A DNA stretch of 64,000 nt, taken from positions 1,986 through 65,985 of the forward strand of contig DAOQRN010000002.1 of the NCBI GenBank assembly GCA_035355675.1, given 5' to 3'. The notes under the pieces were generated by a model that searched no databases, was not told the origin of the DNA, and saw nothing but the letters and a program-made list of their open reading frames with translations. Below are positions 48,733 to 58,067 of this stretch, one piece after another; positions within the stretch are counted from its first letter, which is position 1; every line of letters begins with the position of its first letter. The position numbers and the translations under genes were made by a program. Source of the stretch: an archaeon (GTDB taxonomy: Archaea; Iainarchaeota; Iainarchaeia; Iainarchaeales; JAAZKV01).

Positions 48733-49833
48733 TTATATTTGTGGTTGCATTTTGTATACCATATAATTCATAAATATAAAAATCATTGGCATTATTATAA
48801 AATAAATTATTAACAAAACATCTATTGTTAGGGGAACTGATTTGAATAATTCTTTACCTGTTGTTGCAAGCGGGGAGTTTCTTATTGATCCAAGAATTAA
48901 TATTGATACTGGTAAAATTATTCCTAAAAATATAAAAATGACTGCAAAAAAATTCATGCTTTGTGAGAAAGAACTTATTTTATTTTTTAAATCATTTGTA
49001 ACATCTTTTGCAATATCATTCATTACTTCTGAAAGGTTTCCTCCAATTCTCATAGCTCTTAATATGTGGTTTATTGTTGTTTTTAGTGGTCTTAACTGGG
49101 TTCTTAGAGATAAGTGTTTTAAAGCAATATTTGTGTCAGTTCCTTCTTCTATTTCATTAATTGTTTTTGAAAATTCTTCACTTAGTACTCCATAATCATT
49201 TGAAGCAATCGCTTGCATTGCTTTGTAAAGTCCAATTCCTGATTTTAATTCAGTTGCCATATGTCTTAAAGCAAAAGGGAGTTCTGTTGAACATAAATTT
49301 CCTCTTTCTATTGCTTTACTTTTTGGTAATTGTATTATTATTATTGTGGAAATTAAAGTTCCAAATACCCCAAATATTGGGGGTAATAAGGCAATGAGTG
49401 CAAGATTTCTAGTAAAAATTGAAATTAATAATCCAATAATTACTGAAAACAATCCTATTACTAGTCCTGCTGTTGTTGATAGTGCTAAGTATTGATTTGC
49501 TGAGTATTGCATATTTGCTGAGTATAAATAAAATCCTAGTTCTTGTGTCATTGGAAAATTTTTAAAATAATTTTGTAAAGGTTTTATTACATTTTTTATT
49601 TTTAAGTAGAGTGATCCTATTTGTTTTGTTAGGTCTGAACCAAATTCTTCTACGTCTTCTTGTGTATCAATATCAATTTTTGCATAAGTGTCTTCTGCAA
49701 TGATTCCTCTCATTTCTTTAAGGCTAGTATTTACTTCATCAATTACGAGTCCCTCTTCTCGGTATTTTTTTTTCATTGTTTCAACTATTTTAGTAACTTC
49801 GTTTTCATCTATTGATAAGGTTTCACTACTCAT
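48733..49833 (-). CDS. Pilus platform protein (T2SS F / TadC like)
   Basis: ELPFALRHMATELKSGIG..YGVLSEEF..GGNLS. Confidence 0.9.
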   Translation of the reverse strand: MSSETLSIDENEVTKIVETMKKKYREEGLVIDEVNTSLKEMRGIIAEDTYAKIDIDTQEDVEEFGSDLTKQIGSLYLKIKNVIKPLQNYFKNFPMTQELGFYLYSANMQYSANQYLALSTTAGLVIGLFSVIIGLLISIFTRNLALIALLPPIFGVFGTLISTIIIIQLPKSKAIERGNLCSTELPFALRHMATELKSGIGLYKAMQAIASNDYGVLSEEFSKTINEIEEGTDTNIALKHLSLRTQLRPLKTTINHILRAMRIGGNLSEVMNDIAKDVTNDLKNKISSFSQSMNFFAVIFIFLGIILPVSILILGSIRNSPLATTGKELFKSVPLTIDVLLIIYFIIMPMIFIFMNYMVYKMQPQI

Positions 49834-51512
49834 TGTGTGTCACCAATTTTTCTTCTTTGTTCTAAAAATAATTTTGCTTCTTTTGAAACTTGTTTTATTT
49901 CTCTAGTATTTTTTTCTAAAAGTTTTTCTAAAAATTGTTTTCTTATTTCAATTTCTGCATATATTTGTTCTCTTGATAGTCCTGTAAAGTTTTGTAAATT
50001 TTTTAAGTATTGGCTTTCAAGTATTGTTCGTTCGATTCTATCTTTTGCAGGGTCTCTTTGGAATATTGTTTGTGTTTTTGGTTTTCCATCGAGTGCGCCA
50101 TATATTTCTGCGATTTCAGTTATTCTTCTTATAGTTCCTTTTTTTCTATCATAATATCTGTGTTCAACAATAATTATGTCTAGTCCTGATAACATTACTT
50201 CTGGAACATTCATTGGGGGTGTTGTTACTCTTATGATTGTTTCTTGTGGACTATTTGCGTGTACTGTTCCTAAACATCCATCGTGTCCTGTGTTTATTGC
50301 AGTGAATAAAGTGAATGCTTCTTCATGTCTTATTTCTCCAACAATTATTCTATCGGGTCTCATTCTTAAAGAATTTTTTGTTAAAATATCTAATTTTAGT
50401 TCTCCTGTTCCTTCTATTCCTGGAGGTCTTGCTTCAAGTCTTATCCAATGGTTTGTTGGAATATTTATTTCAGCAGTGTCTTCGATTGTGATTATTCTTT
50501 CTCTGTCTGGAATTAATGCTGCAAGTACATTTAGTAGTGTTGTTTTTCCTGACCCTGTTCCTCCCGCAATTAACATATTTGCTGGTTTTGTATTCATTCC
50601 TTCTACACATAACCAAAGGAATGCAGCCACTTCGCTTGAAACAGTATTCATTTTTATTAAGTCAATTATTGAATATGGGTCTTCTCTAAATTTTCTAATA
50701 GTTAGTGTTCCTCCACTTATACTTGCTGGGGGAATTGTTGCATTTACTCTTGAACCATCAGTCAATCTTGCATCAAGTAATGGTGAAGATACATCAACTC
50801 TTCTTCCAATTTCTCTTGCAATTCTATTAATTAGATCTTCAATTTCTTGTTCTGAAAAAAATTCAATATTTGTTTGCATCATTTCATAGTCTCTGTGAAA
50901 TACAAAAACTGGTTTTTTCGCACCAATTATCATTATTTCTTCTAAATTATCATCTTTAATTAATTCATCGATTAATCCATACCCTACCATTTCTCTAACA
51001 ACAGCTTCTGCATAGAATAGTGTTTTACTTTCTGGAATTCTTAAACTTGGGTTGTTTTGAATTATTTCTATTACTTTTTGTTTGTAAATTATTCTTTTTT
51101 CTTCTTGGTTCCTTATTTTATATGGAGCAATACTAACGAGTCTTGTTGTCGCTTCTTTTATTGTGTTAATTATTTTTCTTTCAATTGCAGTTGGTCTTAT
51201 TGTTGGGACGTAATAGTAGTTTAGTGGTTTTCCTGGAATTTTATATATTTTTACTTTCCCATAACTTGATAGTTCAATTTTTTTTTCTTGTTCAAGTTCT
51301 TTTTCAAATTCATTTTGTTCTGATGATGGTTCAATAACTATGTCCCCTTCAATTTTTTTCATTTCTTCTTTTGTTACTGTTTTTGCCAGTTCTTCTTCTT
51401 TTTCTTCAGGTTTATTTTGTATTAGCGTATCAATTTTTTGTTCAGTGTTTGTTGTTTCTTTTTTTGCTTCTTTCATTAATTCAGCAAGATAGTCTGTAGT
51501 CATTTTAATCAC
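49830..51512 (-). CDS. Pilus assembly ATPase (CpaF/TadA)
   Basis: GGTGSGKTT, LRMRPDRIIVGEIR, GTVHAN. Confidence 0.94.
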   Translation of the reverse strand: MIKMTTDYLAELMKEAKKETTNTEQKIDTLIQNKPEEKEEELAKTVTKEEMKKIEGDIVIEPSSEQNEFEKELEQEKKIELSSYGKVKIYKIPGKPLNYYYVPTIRPTAIERKIINTIKEATTRLVSIAPYKIRNQEEKRIIYKQKVIEIIQNNPSLRIPESKTLFYAEAVVREMVGYGLIDELIKDDNLEEIMIIGAKKPVFVFHRDYEMMQTNIEFFSEQEIEDLINRIAREIGRRVDVSSPLLDARLTDGSRVNATIPPASISGGTLTIRKFREDPYSIIDLIKMNTVSSEVAAFLWLCVEGMNTKPANMLIAGGTGSGKTTLLNVLAALIPDRERIITIEDTAEINIPTNHWIRLEARPPGIEGTGELKLDILTKNSLRMRPDRIIVGEIRHEEAFTLFTAINTGHDGCLGTVHANSPQETIIRVTTPPMNVPEVMLSGLDIIIVEHRYYDRKKGTIRRITEIAEIYGALDGKPKTQTIFQRDPAKDRIERTILESQYLKNLQNFTGLSREQIYAEIEIRKQFLEKLLEKNTREIKQVSKEAKLFLEQRRKIGDTQ

Positions 51513-51637
51513 TAAAACTTAGGTTTTTTAGTTATTTAAGGTTTGCTTTGGAGTGTTTCTTTTAAGAAATTTGTTTATTTTTTTAGTACTTTTTGTTGTT
51601 TGGAGTTTTTGCTTTTTGTTTATTTTTTTAGTACAAT

Positions 51638-53395
51638 TTATTTTTTCTCTTTGATTTCTTTTTTAATTTTTTCAATAAATTCTTCTATTTTTAGTATTTC
51701 TTGTTCTCCAACTCGCGGTCTTACTGCGACTTTTCCTTCTGTTTCTTCTTTTGCTCCAACAACAATTATGTAGGGTACTTTTTCTTTTTGAGCGTCTCGT
51801 ATTCTATATCCTAGTGTTTCGTTTCTATCATCAATTTTCACTCTTATTTCATTTTCAAGTAATTCTTTTTTTACTTTATTAGCATAATCATTAAATTTTT
51901 CTGATATGGAAATTATTCTTACTTGTTCTGGCGATAACCATGTTGGGAATGCTCCTTTGTATTTTTCAATAAGCATTGCCATTGTTCTTTCATAGCATCC
52001 AATTGATGAACGGTGTATTATATATGGCCTCTTTTTTTGTCCGTCGCTATCCACATAGGTCATATCAAATCTTTCTGGCAAAGCAAAATCAATTTGTACT
52101 GTAATTAGTGTGTCTTCTTTTCCATAAACATTTTTTGTTTGCAAGTCTAGTTTTGGTCCGTAGAATGCTGCTTCTCCTTCTGCTTCAACATATTTTATTC
52201 CTAAGTGATCTAATATTTTTTTCATTTCATTTTGAGAGTGTTTCCATGCATCAGGGTTATCAATATATTTTCCTTTTTTGTTTTCAGGGTCCCATTTTGA
52301 GAATCTATAAGTAATATCTTCTCTTATTCCAAGAGTGTCCATTACATAATTAATTAAATTAATTACTTCTTTGAATTCGTTTTCTAGTTGTTCTGGAGTC
52401 ACTATAATGTGTCCTTCTGATAGAGTGAATTGTCTTACTCTAGTTAATCCATGCATTTCTCCTGATGATTCATTTCTAAATAGTACTGAAGTTTCCGCAT
52501 ATTTTATTGGTAGGTCTTTGTATGATTTTAATCCATTTTTATAAATTAAGAATTGATAGGGACAAGTCATTGGTCTTAGGGCCATTACTTCTCCTGGATT
52601 TTTTTCATCTCCAAGCATGAACATTCCGTCTTTGTAGTGCTCCCAGTGTCCTGACACTTTATATAAATCGCTTTTCGCCATGTATGGAGTTCTAGTGTAA
52701 ACATATCCTCTTTTTTCTTCTTCATCTTCAATAAATCTTGTTAGTATTTGGAATAATTTTGCTCCTTTTGGCATTAGTAATGGTAATCCTTGTCCGATTA
52801 GTTCATGTGTCATGAACAAATTTTGTTCTCTCCCAATTTTGTTGTGGTCTGAGCTTTCTGCTTCGTCTCTAAGTTTTATCCAGTTATCAAGTTCTTGTTG
52901 TGTTTTAAATGCGATTCCATATACTCTTTGTAATTGTTTGTTTTTTTCGTTTCCTTTCCAGTATGCTGAACTCATTTTTAGTAATTTTATTGCACCAATT
53001 TCACTAGTACTTTCTAGATGTGGGCCTTTGCACATGTCTAAAAAATTCCCTGTTTTGTATGTTGAAATTTCTTTTTCTCCACTTGTTTTTAAATCATTAA
53101 TTAGTTCCACTTTGTATGAATTATTTTTAAATACTTCAAGTGCTTCATTAATTGGGATAATTTTTTGTTCCATTATTTCTTTTCTTGATAAAATTTCTTT
53201 CATTTTTTCTTCAACTTTTTCAAGATCTTTTTCATTTAAATTTTTGTCTAGTTCAAAATCATAATGAAACCCCATTTCAATTGGTGGTCCTATAGCAATT
53301 TTCACATTTGGGTAAATTTCCGTTAGTGCTGAAGCGAATACGTGTGCAGCAGTATGCCACATTTTTTCATTTCTTATTGCTTCTTCATTACTCAT
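51638..53395 (-). CDS. thrS: Threonyl-tRNA synthetase, bacterial type (N2 editing domain, no TGS domain)
   Basis: HTAAH/GPPIE/DMCKGPH editing domain, LRPMTCP, HGLTRVRQF, AFYGPKLD, IHRS, PTWLSPEQV. Confidence 0.96.
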   Translation of the reverse strand: MSNEEAIRNEKMWHTAAHVFASALTEIYPNVKIAIGPPIEMGFHYDFELDKNLNEKDLEKVEEKMKEILSRKEIMEQKIIPINEALEVFKNNSYKVELINDLKTSGEKEISTYKTGNFLDMCKGPHLESTSEIGAIKLLKMSSAYWKGNEKNKQLQRVYGIAFKTQQELDNWIKLRDEAESSDHNKIGREQNLFMTHELIGQGLPLLMPKGAKLFQILTRFIEDEEEKRGYVYTRTPYMAKSDLYKVSGHWEHYKDGMFMLGDEKNPGEVMALRPMTCPYQFLIYKNGLKSYKDLPIKYAETSVLFRNESSGEMHGLTRVRQFTLSEGHIIVTPEQLENEFKEVINLINYVMDTLGIREDITYRFSKWDPENKKGKYIDNPDAWKHSQNEMKKILDHLGIKYVEAEGEAAFYGPKLDLQTKNVYGKEDTLITVQIDFALPERFDMTYVDSDGQKKRPYIIHRSSIGCYERTMAMLIEKYKGAFPTWLSPEQVRIISISEKFNDYANKVKKELLENEIRVKIDDRNETLGYRIRDAQKEKVPYIIVVGAKEETEGKVAVRPRVGEQEILKIEEFIEKIKKEIKEKK

Positions 53396-53418
53396 ATTTA
53401 TCCCTTTCCCTTTATTTT

Positions 53419-53461
53419 AAAAAAATCCTGCAAGAAAAGCCTTTTAAATTGCTTTTCAAGC
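53419..53461 (-). terminator. Candidate attenuator hairpin + U7
   Basis: Minus strand GC-TT-GAAAAGC-N10-GCTTTTC-TT-GC-AGGA-TTTTTTT between the leader ORF and thrS. Confidence 0.6.
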
Positions 53462-53462
53462 T

Positions 53463-53522
53463 TTATTGAGTGGTCGTAGTACTAGTGCTTGTAATAGGCA
53501 TGAACTCAATTACTATTTCCAT
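53463..53522 (-). CDS. Thr-rich leader peptide MEIVIEFMPITSTSTTTTQ (not in ORF track)
   Basis: 6 Thr in the last 9 residues (ACA, ACT, ACT, ACG, ACC, ACT); ends 67 nt before thrS; TATAAATA 22 nt before the ATG. Confidence 0.8.
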   Translation of the reverse strand: MEIVIEFMPITSTSTTTTQ

Positions 53523-53617
53523 GAATAATTAGTGTTGCTGTTAGTATTTATATTTAAACAAAAAAATAATGTAACAAATTGTATAGTTTGTTTTGTGACT
53601 TTTGGTTAATTATAGTT

Positions 53618-53755
53618 TTATCTTTTTGCTCTTTGGCATTTTTCTTTTCCGCACGGCTTCACAAAGCCGGCATGTTGGTGAATATCGGCTCCACCGAATT
53701 CACCTTTTTATTAGTTTAATTATCTTCTTGCTCTTTGGCATTTTTCTTTTCCGCA
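53618..53755. repeat. 36-bp duplication of a gene 3' end enclosing two GC-rich hairpins
   Basis: 53618-53653 vs 53720-53755, 35/36 identical. Confidence 0.85.
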
Positions 53756-54256
53756 AAGTGAATGGTATTCTCTACAAAATACTCTTCCGCCTTCTTCTTT
53801 CATATGCCTGCATTCTTTCCATGTTGCAGGAGAGTACACTCCTGATTGTGATTCTATTACAACATTTTTTATAATATTACAATGTTTATCATCTACTCTT
53901 TGTTTTGATCTTGGTAAAATTATGTCGTCATCGCCAATTAGTTTTGGTTTTTGTTTAACTTCATTTTCAACTTCTTTTATCTCTTCTTGTTCTTTAATAT
54001 CTTCAATCATTTCTTTTGTACTATTATTTAGTTCTTCAGTTTTATTTATTGGAGTTGATTTAAAGTTTTTTGGATAAAGTTTTAGTTCAATATCGCTTGC
54101 TCCTGCAGCCATCATTGCTGGTGATGATCTATACGCTGATGTGTTTCCTTTTGGTCGTGGCATTTTTTGTATATCAATACTTTGTCCCATCGCTATCATT
54201 TTTTCATTCATTTTTCTTGTGCTTTCAACCAAATTTTTAAATGCCATTGTTACCAC
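53720..54256 (-). CDS. Hypothetical protein with C-terminal Cys/His cluster
   Basis: ECRH..FCREYHSLCGKEKC possible zinc finger. Confidence 0.7.
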   Translation of the reverse strand: MVTMAFKNLVESTRKMNEKMIAMGQSIDIQKMPRPKGNTSAYRSSPAMMAAGASDIELKLYPKNFKSTPINKTEELNNSTKEMIEDIKEQEEIKEVENEVKQKPKLIGDDDIILPRSKQRVDDKHCNIIKNVVIESQSGVYSPATWKECRHMKEEGGRVFCREYHSLCGKEKCQRARR

Positions 54257-54412
54257 CGATCATTACAGTTTTTTAGTAATTCTATAATTATTTAATAGAA
54301 TATAAATCTTTTGGGTGGGTGGGTTTTTTGAAAATTTATTGTATTTATTTTTGGCAAATCAATAAAGGTATATTTATTTGTTAGTTTGCACTTTATAGAT
54401 TAGTGTTGATTT

Positions 54413-55645
54413 ATGATTTCTCCAGAACTTTGCATTAAGTGTAAAGGAAAATTACTTTGTGGACTTGATAAGTGTCCAATTCTTGAAAAACAATTCAAAC
54501 AATCAAGTATTGTTTCTTCAATGAAGGATAATAATTTTGTTGGAGCAACTCCGCCTGGTTTTTTTGTTTCTTGGCAATCTTATCCAAAAGTTGCAGTAGC
54601 CCCACTTTCTGCTTTACCTAGTGAAGTGAGTGAATTAAGTGATTTGCCAGAAAAATGGTATGGTTTGAGTCAAGAAAAAATTATTTCATTTAGAGAATCA
54701 CTTCTAAGGTCTTACAAAAAAATGCCAGTTTCTTTAGCATCAAATCCAAATTATGAGTTAGTTGATTTTCAAGAACTCGCAATGGCTTCTTCAATAGTGG
54801 AACTTGAAGTTAATTTAGCAAAAAAACCAAGAGATGATTTTTCTTTTGATTCATTTACTGCACCAATGGGGCCTTCAGCAGAATTAAACAAATTATCAAT
54901 TATTGAGAATCCAAAAATTCCTCAAAAAGTGGACTATTTGCATAATGATGTTGCAGCAAAATCAAACACTGCATTAATTGAATTATACAAAGATGGTGTT
55001 CCAGTTTCTTCTTTATCAAAAATTCTTTCAGCAGGAGTTCTTGGAGTAAAAAAAAATAGAAAACTTGTTCCAACTCGTTGGAGTATTACAGCAGTTGACT
55101 CAAATTTATCAAAATATTTAATTAATGAAAAAGTTTCACAAGGAAAAATAATTGATTCTTTTAAATTATTTAATTCAAATTATTTAGACAATAATTTTTG
55201 GGTATTATTAATGCCTTATCCTTGGAGTTTTGAACAAATAGAAACTTGGTTACCTGGAGGAATATGGAATAAAGAATCAACAGAGTTTAATGTATTATCA
55301 GATCATGAATTAAACACTGGATTAAAAGGATATCCTGAAGAAACAGAAGGGGCTTACTTTGCTGCACGCCTTGCTGTTTCAGAGTATTTATCAGAAAATA
55401 AATCAAATGCAGCAGCAATTGTTTTTAGAGAAATTGGAAAAGATTATGCAGTTCCTTTGGGAGTTTGGCAAATTAGAGAAAATGTTCGTGCTGCGTTAAA
55501 ACAAAAGCCATTAGATTTTTCGACTCTTGATTTAACTCTTGATTTTTTATCAAAAAAACTAATAGTTCCTGTCACACAATACAAAAATAAATCAATTTTA
55601 TTAAAATACTTTAAACAACAAACAAGACTAAATCAATGGTTTTAG
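54413..55645 (+). CDS. nreA: DNA repair protein Nre (PCNA-interacting)
   Basis: CIKCKG..CG..CP, RKLVPTRWSITAVD, PLGVWQIRE, C-terminal PIP QTRLNQWF. Confidence 0.93.
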   Translation: MISPELCIKCKGKLLCGLDKCPILEKQFKQSSIVSSMKDNNFVGATPPGFFVSWQSYPKVAVAPLSALPSEVSELSDLPEKWYGLSQEKIISFRESLLRSYKKMPVSLASNPNYELVDFQELAMASSIVELEVNLAKKPRDDFSFDSFTAPMGPSAELNKLSIIENPKIPQKVDYLHNDVAAKSNTALIELYKDGVPVSSLSKILSAGVLGVKKNRKLVPTRWSITAVDSNLSKYLINEKVSQGKIIDSFKLFNSNYLDNNFWVLLMPYPWSFEQIETWLPGGIWNKESTEFNVLSDHELNTGLKGYPEETEGAYFAARLAVSEYLSENKSNAAAIVFREIGKDYAVPLGVWQIRENVRAALKQKPLDFSTLDLTLDFLSKKLIVPVTQYKNKSILLKYFKQQTRLNQWF

Positions 55646-55725
55646 ATTTTAAAAAATAGTTATTTAAAAATAAAATTAATTATTTTTTTATTTTAATTTT
55701 TTATTTGTTTTATTTTTTTAAATTT

Positions 55726-56250
55726 TTATCTTAATAAATTATCAGTTAATTTTCTTAATTTTAAAGAATTGATTGTCGCAGCGTAAATAACATCTCCTGT
55801 GGCACACATGGCTTTTTTTTGTTCACCCATTAATGCAACAAGAAATGCGTTGTATAATTTTTGAGTTTCTTTTTCAGCATTTTTTCCAACTAATATTTCT
55901 CTAATTAAGATTTGTGATCTTTCATGAATTATTTTTTTAAAAAAAGGATTTGTAATTCCATAATGAGATATTATTTTTCCTGTTGTTTTTTGGGTAGCAA
56001 CTCTTAGTTCTTTGTTTTGTGATTTTTTTACTCTTCTTAAAATTAATTTTGATTCATGTGCAATTGCTTGGAGTTGTTCTTGATAAGGTCTCTCTCTTTG
56101 TGCTTCCCTATCAACTAATTTTTCTAAATGATTCATTTCACTTCTTGCCTTGTATTCTCTTTGAGCAATTTTTGATGCAGAAACTACAAGTTGTTTAGGT
56201 TTTAATAAGAATTTTTTTCTCGCTTCAATTGTTGGAGCCAATTTTTTCAC
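55726..56250 (-). CDS. Basic helical hypothetical protein
   Basis: GTG start directly after the rfcS stop. Confidence 0.6.
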   Translation of the reverse strand: MKKLAPTIEARKKFLLKPKQLVVSASKIAQREYKARSEMNHLEKLVDREAQRERPYQEQLQAIAHESKLILRRVKKSQNKELRVATQKTTGKIISHYGITNPFFKKIIHERSQILIREILVGKNAEKETQKLYNAFLVALMGEQKKAMCATGDVIYAATINSLKLRKLTDNLLR

Positions 56251-57216
56251 CTATTTTTTGTATTTCATAAATTGTGCAATTAGTGCTTCAAGTTGTATTC
56301 TTTCATTTGCTCCTTCAGTTAATCTAAAATCATACTCTCCAATAATGTGCACAAGTTCAATTTTACTTTTTTGATCAATTTTATCCTCGCTCATATTCAT
56401 TGTTTCTCTATAAATTTGAACCATTACATCTTCTCCGCTCATTCCTTGTTCATACATTAATTCATCAAGTTTTTTTCTGGCATCAATAAATTTTCCATTT
56501 AATGCGAGTATTATCATTTCTTGTACTTGTTCAGGTCTTGCTTTTGAAGAAACAGTGTAAATTATGTCTTCGTTTAATTTAGTGTCAAGTGTTGCGGCAG
56601 CTTGCAAAATATTAATAGCTTTTCTCAAATCTCCTTGGCAAATATAATTAATCGCATTTTTTCCTTTTTCGTCAATAATTATTTTTTCCTTTTCAGAAAT
56701 TTTTTGTATTTGTTCATCAACTTCTTTTGCCCCAAGCGGTTTAAATCTATAAATAACACATCTTGATTGAATTGGTTCTATTATTTTTGAAGAATAATTA
56801 CATGATAAAATAAATCTGCAAGTTTTTGTATATTTTTCCATTGTTCTTCTTAGCGCTTGTTGTGCATCTTGAGTTAGTGCATCACATTCGTCAAGGAATA
56901 TTATTTTAAAATTAGAGTCAAATGCTAGAGTTCTTGCAAAATCCTTAATCGTGTTTCTAACAATATCGATTCCTCTATCATCACTTGCATTTAGTTCTAA
57001 AAAGTTTTGTTCAAAATTAGTTGAAAAAAATTCTTTTGCAAGAGCAATACTTGAAGAAGTTTTACCTGTTCCTGCGGGGCCAGAAAACATCATATTTGGC
57101 ATATTTTTTTTATCTACATATCCTTTAAGTCTTTTAGTTATTTCTTCATGTCCAATTACTTCGCTTAAATTTTTAGGTCTGTATTTTTCAACCCAAGGTA
57201 ATTCAATATCAGTCAT
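56251..57216 (-). CDS. rfcS: Replication factor C small subunit
   Basis: PWVEKYRP, GPAGTGKT, ELNASDDRG, LDECD, SRC; no intein. Confidence 0.97.
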   Translation of the reverse strand: MTDIELPWVEKYRPKNLSEVIGHEEITKRLKGYVDKKNMPNMMFSGPAGTGKTSSSIALAKEFFSTNFEQNFLELNASDDRGIDIVRNTIKDFARTLAFDSNFKIIFLDECDALTQDAQQALRRTMEKYTKTCRFILSCNYSSKIIEPIQSRCVIYRFKPLGAKEVDEQIQKISEKEKIIIDEKGKNAINYICQGDLRKAINILQAAATLDTKLNEDIIYTVSSKARPEQVQEMIILALNGKFIDARKKLDELMYEQGMSGEDVMVQIYRETMNMSEDKIDQKSKIELVHIIGEYDFRLTEGANERIQLEALIAQFMKYKK

Positions 57217-57325
57217 AGAAAAGTCTTTCTGGGTAAAGATTAAAAGCCTATTATTTTAATATTTCTTTAATAATAATGTATTATAAAGAATAAGATATTT
57301 GGTTTGATAATTAAAACAATTTGTA

Positions 57326-57982
57326 TTGGTGTTAAAAATGGTGTTAAAAGATTTTAATCAAAATTTAGTTTTATTAATTGCTTATTTTTTGATTGCTTAT
57401 TTGGTGTTATGGTTTTTAGGTGGGGCGTGTCTTGATCCACTTTCTGGCGGGACTTGTTTATCTAGTGAAGCAGTGGCTGGATTAAATAATGTTCCTTTAC
57501 TTCAATTATTTTTGCCGCTTAATCCTTGGCATTCATTAATGTATTGGTTTGCTCCCATTGCAGGTATGATTATTTCTTATTTTTCTTTAAAATGGTATAA
57601 TAGTTATTTTGAAACAAAATTTGCTTCAAGTATTTTTGTTTTATTTTTATTCTTATTTGCAATAGTTTTTGGGTATTTTATTAATTTGAATTGGTATTAT
57701 GGGGAAGCAGCAGCATATAATTCAAGAGAGGGGGTAAAAGTAGGGTTATATTTTTGTTTTTCTGAAATAAATCCTAATGAATGTAGTGCAACTGTTGAAA
57801 AAATTAATCAAGAATTAATTAATCAAGCTCAATCAAACAATCTATCCACAGTTCAACAAAATATACCCGTTAATTTTTGGGCAGAACTAAAAGAAAGTAT
57901 TTACTTAACTTTTATTTTGGGTGCAATAATTGGTTGGTTGCCACTTTTTGTTAAAAACTTTTTAGAATCAAGAAAAAAATAA
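57326..57982 (+). CDS. Membrane protein
   Basis: About four TM helices with Cys pairs in loops. Confidence 0.7.
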   Translation: MVLKMVLKDFNQNLVLLIAYFLIAYLVLWFLGGACLDPLSGGTCLSSEAVAGLNNVPLLQLFLPLNPWHSLMYWFAPIAGMIISYFSLKWYNSYFETKFASSIFVLFLFLFAIVFGYFINLNWYYGEAAAYNSREGVKVGLYFCFSEINPNECSATVEKINQELINQAQSNNLSTVQQNIPVNFWAELKESIYLTFILGAIIGWLPLFVKNFLESRKK

Positions 57983-58067
57983 TTTTTTATTTTTCATTTT
58001 TACTGTTTAATAATTAAATATTTTTTTGGTTTAATACTTCTAAAAATTAGATTATTAAAAATTAAAG

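Noticed and set aside
53396..53600. T-box riboswitch upstream of thrS
   Set aside because: No GGTGGNACCGCG T-box sequence and the leader is too short; the uORF explains the region better.
53618..53755. Possible mini-CRISPR (36-bp repeats)
   Set aside because: Only two copies, one is coding sequence, the 66-nt spacer is too long, and there are no cas genes in the window.
53602..53874. 90-aa plus-strand ORF with an internal repeat
   Set aside because: Antisense read-through of the 36-bp duplication; no independent coding evidence.
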